This document shows positions 55,014 through 63,869 of a stretch of DNA of 64,000 bases, piece by piece. Under the pieces are notes generated by a model. That model worked only from the letters and a program-made list of their open reading frames with translations, ran no database searches and had not been told where the DNA came from. The DNA lies in NCBI GenBank assembly GCA_038145705.1, contig JAYQQF010000009.1:68422-132421 (forward strand). Reading direction: 5' to 3'. Source of the DNA: Alphaproteobacteria bacterium. GTDB lineage: Bacteria > Pseudomonadota > Alphaproteobacteria > SMXQ01. Made by a program: the position numbers and the translations under genes. Numbering within the stretch: position 1 is the first letter of the stretch; every line of letters starts with the position of its first letter.

Positions 55014-56396
55014 GTGACGCCGTTTTACAAGAATATTAATCGCCATCCGATGAATGCGCGATATGTCACGTGGCTTCAGGCGTTATATCTGAAGTACTTT
55101 TGCCGTTACGCCGTATTCAGGTGGTGCAAGCCCTGCGTTGTCGGGGCTATAACCTGGGCGACTTACAAGTTTCGCCAGTTGCTGCCCTATTCCGTACATC
55201 TCTTCAGCGGGCAGGGGTGGTGGCTGCTGCTTCCGAAGCAGCTTACGACGATCAGCACATTGACTGTTGCGCGACGGCAAACACTTGAATCCGACGACTT
55301 CATCGAAGTGCTCGGGCCGCGCTCCTTCAACGGGTTCCCATCGGGTGTATCGATCCTGGATCGCTACAAAATACATTCCCCGTTTGTCGGCGCATATGAA
55401 ATCCAGTCGGCCATTGTGATGGGGAACACCAATTTTGTGATCGGCGACTGGGGGATAGCTTACCCCGATATTTTCGATATCGAAAACCATGCCTGTCCCG
55501 CCGAAATACTCAAGGTGATCACCATAAATTTGGAGAAACACACCGGGCGCATCTTGCCAGCATACAAAACGCGGAATCTTCCTTACAAACGCGCCATTTC
55601 CATCCTTAACCAGTGCAGCAGCAATTACATCCATTGGCTGCTGGAAACGCTGCCACAACTGACGCTCATCGACCAAATTCCGGAGTATGACGGCTTGCCC
55701 ATTCTGGTCGATGGTGAGGTTCATCCGAATATCATGGAGTCGCTGCGGCTTTTAAATTCGACTGGCCGGGAAATCATCCCGGTTGCGGCCTATGAGCCTG
55801 TAATGGTCGAGTCCTTGATCGTTATTTCACCGCCAGGGTATGTGCCTTATGAACCGCGCTCGATCGTCACGGGCAAAGTGGGCGAAGTGCGTTATGATGA
55901 ACTTCATTTTTCTCCTATGGCTCTCTGCGCGCTCAGGCAGGCGGCCTGGCGCGCTGTCTCCGCGGCGCCGGGGCCAGACAGGATATACCTGCGCAGGCAG
56001 GGCCTGCACCGTCCCCTGATCAATTCGGGTGAAATAGAAGCCTTGGTGCGGAACTATGGGTTCGAAGTCGTTGTGCCGGATGTGCTCAGTTTTCGGGAAC
56101 AGGTTTCGCTGTTCAGAAACGCAAAGTGCATTATTTCGCCGGTCGGGGCGGGCCTGGGGAACATGATATTTGCACCCAGTGGGTGTAGGGTCGTGTCCAT
56201 GGGCTTTTTCACCACCGTCCCGAATTTCTACTTTTTCGACGGCATCGCGAAAGTTCTGGGACACAGGCACGAATACGTACTGGGTCCCTATATCGACCGC
56301 CCCGGTGACTCCGTGAACCACAGGAGCTACAGCATTGACGTCGATGTCATGAGACGATTATTGGACGAAATTGTCAGTGAAATCGGACGGTCATAA
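55014..56396 (+). CDS. glycosyltransferase family 61 (DUF563) protein
   Basis: NYIHWLLETLP and IYLRRQG motifs typical of DUF563/GT61. GTG start; an alternative ATG at 55050. Confidence 0.55.
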   Translation: MTPFYKNINRHPMNARYVTWLQALYLKYFCRYAVFRWCKPCVVGAITWATYKFRQLLPYSVHLFSGQGWWLLLPKQLTTISTLTVARRQTLESDDFIEVLGPRSFNGFPSGVSILDRYKIHSPFVGAYEIQSAIVMGNTNFVIGDWGIAYPDIFDIENHACPAEILKVITINLEKHTGRILPAYKTRNLPYKRAISILNQCSSNYIHWLLETLPQLTLIDQIPEYDGLPILVDGEVHPNIMESLRLLNSTGREIIPVAAYEPVMVESLIVISPPGYVPYEPRSIVTGKVGEVRYDELHFSPMALCALRQAAWRAVSAAPGPDRIYLRRQGLHRPLINSGEIEALVRNYGFEVVVPDVLSFREQVSLFRNAKCIISPVGAGLGNMIFAPSGCRVVSMGFFTTVPNFYFFDGIAKVLGHRHEYVLGPYIDRPGDSVNHRSYSIDVDVMRRLLDEIVSEIGRS

Positions 56397-56416
56397 ATGC
56401 AAGAGACATCAATACA

Positions 56417-57592
56417 GTGAAAACACTTCTTGTCGGCACCAGCTTCAGTGCGGCGCCCGTTTACGCAGCCCTCAAGAGAAAAGGGCATCATGTTGCCGTT
56501 TGTGGCGGCATCCCGGGTGATCCCTGCCATCAGTACGCGGACGCATCCATCCACATCGATTATTCCTCACGCGAGGATCTTTTGGCGGCAGTAAAGAGCG
56601 GGGGGTACGACTTCATCGTGCCGACCTGCAATGATACATCGTACATGTCGACCGCGTGGGTCGCGGCCCAACTCGGCTATCCCGGATTCGATTCATTTCG
56701 AACGACCGAAATCCTGCATAACAAACCGCTGTTTCGCGAATTCGCGCTGGGAGTGGGGCTTCCGGTTCCCGCCGCGTATAGGGTTGTCTCCGCCAGCACG
56801 GATGTGGCGGGCAAAGTTCGCTTCCCCGTCCTGGTAAAGCCGTCCGACAGTTTCAGCGGCCGGGGCGTGACCAAGGTCGGGCGACCAGATGAACTAGCGC
56901 TAGCCATCGACGCGGCTTTGGCGGTATCGCACGATGGCAATGCCGTTGTTGAGGACTTTATCGAAGGAACCTTGCACAGCCACTCGGCCTTCATCGTCGA
57001 TCAAAAGATCATTCTCGATTTTTTTGTCGATGAATACTGTACGGTTTACCCCTACCAGGTGAATTGCTCCAATCACCCGTCCGGGCTGGCTGACGACCTG
57101 CGGCGCCAGACTCGCGACGTTATAACGAAGATGATTGTTGCCCTCGGACTATCCGATGGCCTGCTCCATACCCAGTTCATCGCGCAGGACGACAGGATCC
57201 AGATCATTGAGTGTATGCGCCGCGCGCCAGGCGACCTCTACGGACAATTTGTCGGCGCTTCGACCGGGATTGATTACGCCGATTTATATGTGCGCCCCTT
57301 CGTGGGCGAGAAAATTCCGACGGATATTGTCGTCCAGAGCCCAAAACCGATGGCGCGCCACACCATCAGTGTCGATACACCCCAAATCGTCGCAGATTTC
57401 ACCGTTACCGGACCAGCGAAGTCTGTACGCATCATTCCCCTCAAGGAAAGCGGCGAATTATTGGGCGTTGCTCCCTTCGACAAGCTGGCAATCGTTTTTG
57501 CCGAATTCGAAACGATGGATGATATGCTGAACTTGGCGCCCTTTTTCGATCGCTACATTGTCATCGAGCCACTGGACATCCAATGCCGATAA
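56417..57592 (+). CDS. ATP-grasp domain protein (carboxylate-amine ligase)
   Basis: ATP-grasp core (FPVLVKPSDSFSGRGV...VVEDFIEG). GTG start. Confidence 0.7.
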   Translation: MKTLLVGTSFSAAPVYAALKRKGHHVAVCGGIPGDPCHQYADASIHIDYSSREDLLAAVKSGGYDFIVPTCNDTSYMSTAWVAAQLGYPGFDSFRTTEILHNKPLFREFALGVGLPVPAAYRVVSASTDVAGKVRFPVLVKPSDSFSGRGVTKVGRPDELALAIDAALAVSHDGNAVVEDFIEGTLHSHSAFIVDQKIILDFFVDEYCTVYPYQVNCSNHPSGLADDLRRQTRDVITKMIVALGLSDGLLHTQFIAQDDRIQIIECMRRAPGDLYGQFVGASTGIDYADLYVRPFVGEKIPTDIVVQSPKPMARHTISVDTPQIVADFTVTGPAKSVRIIPLKESGELLGVAPFDKLAIVFAEFETMDDMLNLAPFFDRYIVIEPLDIQCR

Positions 57593-58767
57593 TACAGCCC
57601 CCGACACCATTATCGCTCGCGGTCAAGGGCGGACCACGCAAGCTGCGGGTTGCGTTTCTGGGCGGGGGTATAGATTCCGCAGTCGGACAGGTTCATCAGA
57701 TCGCGATCGGCATGGATCAAAGATTCGACTTGGTCGCGGGCTGTTTCAGCCGCGAGATGGAAATCAATCAGTCGAGCGGCGTTGCCTATGGCGTTGATCC
57801 GGATCATGTATACCCTTCGCTCGAAGACCTGATTGCTGCCGAGGCCAAATCAATTGATGCGTTCGTGGTCGTCACGCCGACCGATCAGCATCTGGACCAT
57901 GTGCTCCGCTGCGTAACGGCGGGCATTCCTGTGATCTGCGAAAAGGCCTTGGCACTGGACGATGCCGAAGCGATGAAAATCAAAGAAGCGCTGGATCGCC
58001 ACAACGGCTACTTGGCGGTGACATACAATTATCTTGGATATCCGATGTTGCGCGAACTGAAGGATATCATCGCACGGGGCCAGCTTGGGGCGATCCATCA
58101 GGTGCATGTTGAAATGCCGCAGGAGGGCTTCAGCAAGGTCCGGATTCAAGACGGGAACCCTATCGTTCCGCAGGACTGGAGATTGCATGACGGAAACGTC
58201 CCGACGGTATCGCTCGATCTCGGTGTTCATTTGCACATTATCACCAAATTCCTGACCGATGCCGTTCCATTGGAAACGGTCGCTACGGCGAGTAGCTTTG
58301 GTAACTTTGACAATATCGTCGATAACGTAATTGCGACGGTTCGCTACAGCGGCGACATGGTTACCAGCATCTGGTACGGAAAGGTCGCGTTGGGGTGCCG
58401 AAATGGCTTGAAAGTCAGAGTCTTCGGTGAAGCGGGTGCGGCAGAGTGGTGCCAGGAATATCCCGAAGACCTCCTACTCAGTGACCGTTACGGTCGGCGC
58501 TTCCGGCTGGACCGTGGGCATCCGGATGTGCGCGTGTCTAACGCTGCTCGTTATACTCGTTTCAAGGCGGGGCATCCCACGGGGTTCATTGAGGCGTTCG
58601 CGAACCTTTATGTCGATATAGCCGACCACCTTCTGCGCTTTCATGAAAGCAGGCAATGTGGCGAAACCGAATACGTTTACGGGATCGATGGCGCCATCGA
58701 GGGGTTGCGGCTACTGAGCGCGATTGCCCATTCTGCACGGGAAAAGCGCTGGGTACGCGTGTCCTGA
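57583..58767 (+). CDS. Gfo/Idh/MocA family oxidoreductase
   Basis: N-terminal NAD(P) Rossmann domain (RVAFLGGG) with EKA and a C-terminal alpha/beta domain. Confidence 0.8.
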   Translation: MPIIQPPTPLSLAVKGGPRKLRVAFLGGGIDSAVGQVHQIAIGMDQRFDLVAGCFSREMEINQSSGVAYGVDPDHVYPSLEDLIAAEAKSIDAFVVVTPTDQHLDHVLRCVTAGIPVICEKALALDDAEAMKIKEALDRHNGYLAVTYNYLGYPMLRELKDIIARGQLGAIHQVHVEMPQEGFSKVRIQDGNPIVPQDWRLHDGNVPTVSLDLGVHLHIITKFLTDAVPLETVATASSFGNFDNIVDNVIATVRYSGDMVTSIWYGKVALGCRNGLKVRVFGEAGAAEWCQEYPEDLLLSDRYGRRFRLDRGHPDVRVSNAARYTRFKAGHPTGFIEAFANLYVDIADHLLRFHESRQCGETEYVYGIDGAIEGLRLLSAIAHSAREKRWVRVS

Positions 58768-58921
58768 CCGGCTGCGGCCGATGCTGGAACGAGCGTGCAG
58801 GCCGGCCTTCGGCGCTTGACAGGCTGCCGCCAATATTCTCCACAGGGTCTCGTCGTAGAGATGGGGAACGACGCATCTCGTGCGGCGGCGATTCATAAAT
58901 CAACTTATGCGGTACGGTGTA

Positions 58922-60082
58922 ATGAACAATTTCTATAGCTATAATCCCACCAAGATTCTTTTCGGTAAGGGCATGATTGCGCGAATCGGTGCCGAGCTTC
59001 GCGACGTTTCCAAGATACTGCTGGTCTACGGCGGCGGATCGATCAAGCGGAACGGGGTTTATGATCAGGTTCGGTCCGCGTTGAAGGACTGGAAGGTCGT
59101 CGAATTCGGCGGCGTGGAACCCAACCCTGAATACGAGACCTGCGTCTCGGCCATAAAATTCTCTCGTGCGGAAGGGGTCGACTTCGTTCTAGCCGCCGGC
59201 GGAGGTTCGACGATTGATGCGGCGAAGTTCATCGCCTTGGCCTATGCCGCCGACATCGAAGATTCGTGGCGAATCGTCACCGGCGAGGCGGCGGTGCCTG
59301 CCAAAGTGCTGCCGGTCGGTTGCATCCAGACGCTGCCCGCCAGCGGGGCGGAAATCAACAATGCGTTGGTTCTGAGCCGCAGGTCGATCCGGCGCAAGCT
59401 TTCGTTCAATACCATCGCCCTGTATCCTCGCTTCAGCGTGCTCGATCCCGAGGCAACCATGACCCTGTCGCGTCACCAGACGGCCTTGGGCATGGCCGAT
59501 ATTTTCATGCATGTGCTGGAACAATACATGACCTATCCGGCGGGCGCGCTGCTGCAGGACCGTCAGTCGGAGGCGATACTGTCAACGCTTGTCGAAGTCG
59601 CTCAGCCCCTGCTAGAAAGACTCGATGATTACGATCTGCGCGCGACGGTAGCGTGGTGCGCTGCGCAAACCTCGAATGGCACCATCAATCGTGGCGTGCC
59701 CACCGATTGGGCGACGCATGCAATCGGTCACGAGTTGACGGCGCTTTACGATATTCCCCATGCCCAGACACTCGTCTTGGTCGTCGGCGGAATGTATCTG
59801 CATCAAATCGAACGGAAAAAAGCCAAGCTGGCCCAGTATGGCCGCCGGGTCTGGGGTCTTTCCGGTTCAGATGGCGAAGTTGCCCGTGCGGCAATCGACT
59901 GCACCGTGGCGTTTTTCGATGCGATGGGATTGCCGACGCGATTCTCCGCTTTGGGCATGGATATCGCTGAGGTGGCGCCGGCGGTCCGGCGCCAGTTCGA
60001 GCAAAGCGGATTCCAGCCTATCGGCGAGCACAAGGATATCGACCTGAACGCCATAGATTCAATTCTGGCACTCTGCGCCTAG
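58922..60082 (+). CDS. iron-containing (group III) alcohol dehydrogenase
   Basis: Fe-ADH motifs (GGGS.ID.AK, GHELTALYDIPH). ATG at 58922. Confidence 0.8.
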   Translation: MNNFYSYNPTKILFGKGMIARIGAELRDVSKILLVYGGGSIKRNGVYDQVRSALKDWKVVEFGGVEPNPEYETCVSAIKFSRAEGVDFVLAAGGGSTIDAAKFIALAYAADIEDSWRIVTGEAAVPAKVLPVGCIQTLPASGAEINNALVLSRRSIRRKLSFNTIALYPRFSVLDPEATMTLSRHQTALGMADIFMHVLEQYMTYPAGALLQDRQSEAILSTLVEVAQPLLERLDDYDLRATVAWCAAQTSNGTINRGVPTDWATHAIGHELTALYDIPHAQTLVLVVGGMYLHQIERKKAKLAQYGRRVWGLSGSDGEVARAAIDCTVAFFDAMGLPTRFSALGMDIAEVAPAVRRQFEQSGFQPIGEHKDIDLNAIDSILALCA

Positions 60083-60092
60083 CGGGTCGATC

Positions 60093-61355
60093 GTGGTTCC
60101 ACTTGTTACGCGACAGGGCTTGCCGATTTCGGACCTCAGGTCACTGGTCGGCGAACGCAGAGTCCTGGTCTGGGGAGTCGGCGATATGGCGCTTGATGTC
60201 GTCACCAGCCTGACGAAGGCGGGGTTGCGACCGCGGGCGTTGTTGCACAGCGATATGTCGGTGGTCGGCAGTGACCGCCATGGATTGCCCGTATGGTCGG
60301 CGTCCAGTGTCCTGTCCCCGGCGCAGTCCGATAGAAATTTCATTGTTCTGGCCGCGCCAGCCTATCGGCGAGAGGGTGAGGCTGCCTGCGTCGAAGCCGG
60401 GCTGCGCAAGAGCGCGGACTTTCTTTCGTTCCTGTCCATCCCGCGTCCGCAGGCGATCGTCGAAGTGGCCAACGATTGTTCGTTGCAGTGTCTTGGATGT
60501 CTGCAATCCACCGTCGGTGGTCCGTCTGCGTCCCAGCGGATGTCCGCCGATACGTTTTCGAAGGTGGCAGCCAAATTGGATGCGGACTTGCCCTTGCTCA
60601 GTCATATCGAATTGGCGCTTTGGGGCGAACCGACGCGAAATCCGGATTTGCCTGCAATCATCCGCTTGGCGCAGGCTGTCGCGCCCTGCACGGTGGCGAC
60701 CGGACTGCCGGCCGATGTGTCCTTGGAGTCCGTGGTCAGGGCTGAGCCCGCGCGGCTCGACATCACGGCAATGGGCTTCGGCGAAACCTACGAGGCGCGG
60801 GTGCCCGGCGGGAGCTGGCCTGCCTTCACCCGACAGCTTGCCGTCCTCCGCGAATTGATCGACGATAGCCGACCGTCCACGAGGTTTCAGGTCCGACTTT
60901 ACCGGTGGCGCAACGACCCCTCGGACCTGGTGGAGAAGTGGCGCGGTCTGCTCGGCGACTCGGGCATCCTGCTATCTCCGCAAACGCCCTATGTCATGCC
61001 CTATGACCAGACCCTGGCATATTGTGAAAGCGGGGCGTGGTCGGAGAAGGCTCTGAAGGCTGCGGAAATGCTGCCATGGCACCTGCAGCGCACACTGGAC
61101 GCCTGCCGGGTGGAGCGGGACCGTCCCTGCCTCTCGCAGCGGATTTTCCCGGTCATCAACGTCGATCTCTCGGTCGGGCTGTGCCACCTTTATGCTCAGC
61201 CGCAGGTGGCTGCAAATTTCCTATCAATATCCTGGGATAATTTGCTTCAAGCTCGGCATAAATCGGATTTTTGCCAGCGTTGCCAAAGGTTTGGATTGCA
61301 TAGGCTTGATCTGGATGTTATTAAAAATCAGTATGGTAATCTCCTTGATGTCTAA
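60093..61355 (+). CDS. radical SAM protein with an N-terminal NeuD/PglD-like Rossmann domain and a C-terminal Cys-rich tail (paralog 1)
   Basis: CSLQCLGC (CX3CX2C) about 125 aa from the N-terminus. N-terminal VLVWGVGDMALDV...NFIVLA. C-terminal CQRCQRFGLH. GTG start. Confidence 0.6.
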   Translation: MVPLVTRQGLPISDLRSLVGERRVLVWGVGDMALDVVTSLTKAGLRPRALLHSDMSVVGSDRHGLPVWSASSVLSPAQSDRNFIVLAAPAYRREGEAACVEAGLRKSADFLSFLSIPRPQAIVEVANDCSLQCLGCLQSTVGGPSASQRMSADTFSKVAAKLDADLPLLSHIELALWGEPTRNPDLPAIIRLAQAVAPCTVATGLPADVSLESVVRAEPARLDITAMGFGETYEARVPGGSWPAFTRQLAVLRELIDDSRPSTRFQVRLYRWRNDPSDLVEKWRGLLGDSGILLSPQTPYVMPYDQTLAYCESGAWSEKALKAAEMLPWHLQRTLDACRVERDRPCLSQRIFPVINVDLSVGLCHLYAQPQVAANFLSISWDNLLQARHKSDFCQRCQRFGLHRLDLDVIKNQYGNLLDV

Positions 61356-61375
61356 TTCTTTTCGGGAAGTGCGCG

Positions 61376-62674
61376 ATGAGTCCTGACAGCCGGGTCCTGA
61401 CCCGACCAGACGCGATGTCGACGATGGGGCGGGAGCAATTCAAGGCTCTCGTGGGCAATCGGAAGATCTTCATTTTCTCGGTGAATCTCGAAGGTGTCGG
61501 TTTCCTGCGCCGCTTTACCCGCATGGGGTTGGACGTCGGTGGCTTCATCGATTCCCGCCCGTTCAAGGACGGCAAGCAGCGCGGCAAGCCGGTGATCTCG
61601 CCGGACGAATTTTTTGCCGGCGAAAACCGCGATGTCTTCGTATTGATCACCGCGAAGCATCGGCAGACGCGGAAATGGGCGATCGACCTTTGCGAGTCCG
61701 CTGGGCTCGCAAAGGGGACCGGGTACATGTATTCGACCATGTTGTGCGATTACTTCCCGACCATCGAAGTCGCGGGCGTGTGCAATCTGCGCTGCATTTC
61801 CTGCAACATGGGGCAGCCCGATGCCAACAGGGGCAAGGGCGTAATGTCGGCGGAAAGATACCGCCAAGTCCTTGAGAAAATGAGTCAGGAAATACCCTTC
61901 CTGAATTCGGTTTATCTCTATTTGTGGGGTGAGCCCTTGCTGAACAAGGAGCTGCCCGAAATCGTTCGCATCACCCGCGAACTGGGCGCCGCATCCGAGA
62001 TTTCGTCCAATCTCGTCGATGGCGCCAGGCTCGAAGCTTTGATCGAAGCACAACCCGATGTGCTCGTGGCGCCCTGTTCGGGTGTCGGCGAAAATTTCGG
62101 CCTTGCCCGCACTGGCGGAACTTGGGACGAATACCGGGACAACCTTTACAAGCTGCGCGAATACCTGGATCGCCACAATGCGGAAACGGTGGTCCGCATC
62201 ACTTATCATATGTACAAGCACAATCTCGAGAAGGACTACGATACGGTCGAAAAGATCGCTAAGGAGCTGGGATACCAGTTCCTCCCCGTTCTGGCCCAGA
62301 TTTTCCCGGAAAAGGTGCTGCGCAACGTCATCAACGGGGAGGCCATTCCGGAAGAGATGCTGCGCGCCAACGAGATGTTGTATTTCCCGATCCATGAGCA
62401 GCTCGCCTATGCGCAGAGCGTCAAGGACAGAAACTGCTTCATGATGAAGGTCTTCCCCAGCATTCGTTGGGACGGTTCCGTCGTGCATTGCAGCAATCTG
62501 ATGAATCCGGTGCTGACGCGAAACTATCTGGACATCTCGCTCGACGACCTTCTCGACCAGCGCGGCGCCAATGGCTTCTGCAACTCGTGCATGGATCACG
62601 GAATGCATCGTTTCTTCGATGTGTCGGCTTCCGTGACGGTGAAAAACGGCCGCCGGGTGCCGCAACGCTCCTGA
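61376..62674 (+). CDS. radical SAM protein with an N-terminal NeuD/PglD-like Rossmann domain and a C-terminal Cys-rich tail (paralog 2)
   Basis: CNLRCISC (CX3CX2C), N-terminal KIFIFSVNLEGVGF...VFVLI and C-terminal CNSCMDHGMH. It is collinear with paralog 1 (LYLWGEPLLNKELPEI versus ELALWGEPTRNPDLPAI). Confidence 0.6.
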   Translation: MSPDSRVLTRPDAMSTMGREQFKALVGNRKIFIFSVNLEGVGFLRRFTRMGLDVGGFIDSRPFKDGKQRGKPVISPDEFFAGENRDVFVLITAKHRQTRKWAIDLCESAGLAKGTGYMYSTMLCDYFPTIEVAGVCNLRCISCNMGQPDANRGKGVMSAERYRQVLEKMSQEIPFLNSVYLYLWGEPLLNKELPEIVRITRELGAASEISSNLVDGARLEALIEAQPDVLVAPCSGVGENFGLARTGGTWDEYRDNLYKLREYLDRHNAETVVRITYHMYKHNLEKDYDTVEKIAKELGYQFLPVLAQIFPEKVLRNVINGEAIPEEMLRANEMLYFPIHEQLAYAQSVKDRNCFMMKVFPSIRWDGSVVHCSNLMNPVLTRNYLDISLDDLLDQRGANGFCNSCMDHGMHRFFDVSASVTVKNGRRVPQRS

Positions 62675-62759
62675 CGCGAAGGGCGCGCCAAGCTTCGGCG
62701 CCCCGGCGTTTGCCGGGGTATCATCAAGTTTTCGGCCGACACTGACCGCTGTTTCCGAT

Positions 62760-63869
62760 ATGAGCACAGATACCCTCAAATCCGTCCTGGCAAGTTTCGA
62801 CCAATGGCAGGCGTCTCCGTTGGAGGTGCGTTCGCATCTGGACGATGTGCTTCGCGGTAAACGCCGTTGCTACGTCCTTGGTCGGAATCACAACAGCGCT
62901 TTCATGGCCGAACGCTTGCCGGTCGCCGGGTTTCTGGACGACTTCGTGGAACCGGGCACCGTCTGGCACGGGTTGCCCGTGCTGCCTTGCAGCGACCTCC
63001 CCACCGGATCGGTCGTTATCAATGCCGTCCTCCTGCGCCGGCCCCATCAGGCTCTGGCGCGGCTGGCTTCCTTGCCGCAGCCTCCCATCGTCGTTCACTA
63101 CGCGGATTTCATGCGTCTGGATCCGGTTAAATTTGTGCCGCCGATCTTCGTGCAGGAGGCGCGGTCCGTCGTCGCCGACCGCGCCGATGCCTTCGCTGCG
63201 TTGGGAGACCGACTGGAAGACGAAGAGTCGCGCGAGGTCATGAAGGATGTCCTTTTGTATCGCCTGACCGGTGATCCCGCCTTTACCAGGGGATATCAGA
63301 TCCGGGACGAGGACGAATATTTTGACCTGCCGTTCGTCCTGCCTCAGGGACCGGTTTTCGTTGACGGCGGTGCCTATCGCGGTGAAACGACCGAATTGTT
63401 CTGCCGGCATTATCCCGATTACAGCTGTGTCCACCTGTTCGAGCCGAATGCCGGCTCTCTGGCGAAGGCAAAGTCGAGGCTCGGCAGCCTGGAACACATC
63501 CACTATTACAACAATGCCGTTGGCGATGTTCGTGCTCATGTTGCGTTCGACGACAGCGCGGAGAATGCATCGCGAATCACCGGAGAAGGCGGTGAGGGTA
63601 TCGAAGCAATGCCCATTGATGAATTGTCCGGCAAAGTCGATTTTATCAAGCTGGATGTCGAAGGCTATGAGACCAAAGCCCTGGTTGGTGCTCGGAGATC
63701 GATCTCTGACTTTCATCCGTCGCTTGCGATCTGCATCTACCATCGCATCACGGACTTTATCGACGTTCCAGGCGTGGTTCTCGCTATCCGTGACGATTAC
63801 CGCTTGTATATTCGCCACTACACCGAGGGTCTGGAAGAGACGGTCATGTATTTCGTGCCGCGGAATTGA
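62760..63869 (+). CDS. FkbM family methyltransferase
   Basis: Methyltransf_21 pattern (FVDGGAYRGETT...VDFIKLDVEGYE). Confidence 0.75.
   Translation: MSTDTLKSVLASFDQWQASPLEVRSHLDDVLRGKRRCYVLGRNHNSAFMAERLPVAGFLDDFVEPGTVWHGLPVLPCSDLPTGSVVINAVLLRRPHQALARLASLPQPPIVVHYADFMRLDPVKFVPPIFVQEARSVVADRADAFAALGDRLEDEESREVMKDVLLYRLTGDPAFTRGYQIRDEDEYFDLPFVLPQGPVFVDGGAYRGETTELFCRHYPDYSCVHLFEPNAGSLAKAKSRLGSLEHIHYYNNAVGDVRAHVAFDDSAENASRITGEGGEGIEAMPIDELSGKVDFIKLDVEGYETKALVGARRSISDFHPSLAICIYHRITDFIDVPGVVLAIRDDYRLYIRHYTEGLEETVMYFVPRN

Noticed and set aside
62675-62759. GC-rich hairpin (GGGCGCGCC...GGCGCCCC) after the second rSAM gene as an intrinsic terminator
   Set aside because: No U-tract follows, and the next gene is co-directional only 85 bp away. 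It is more likely just an intergenic stem.
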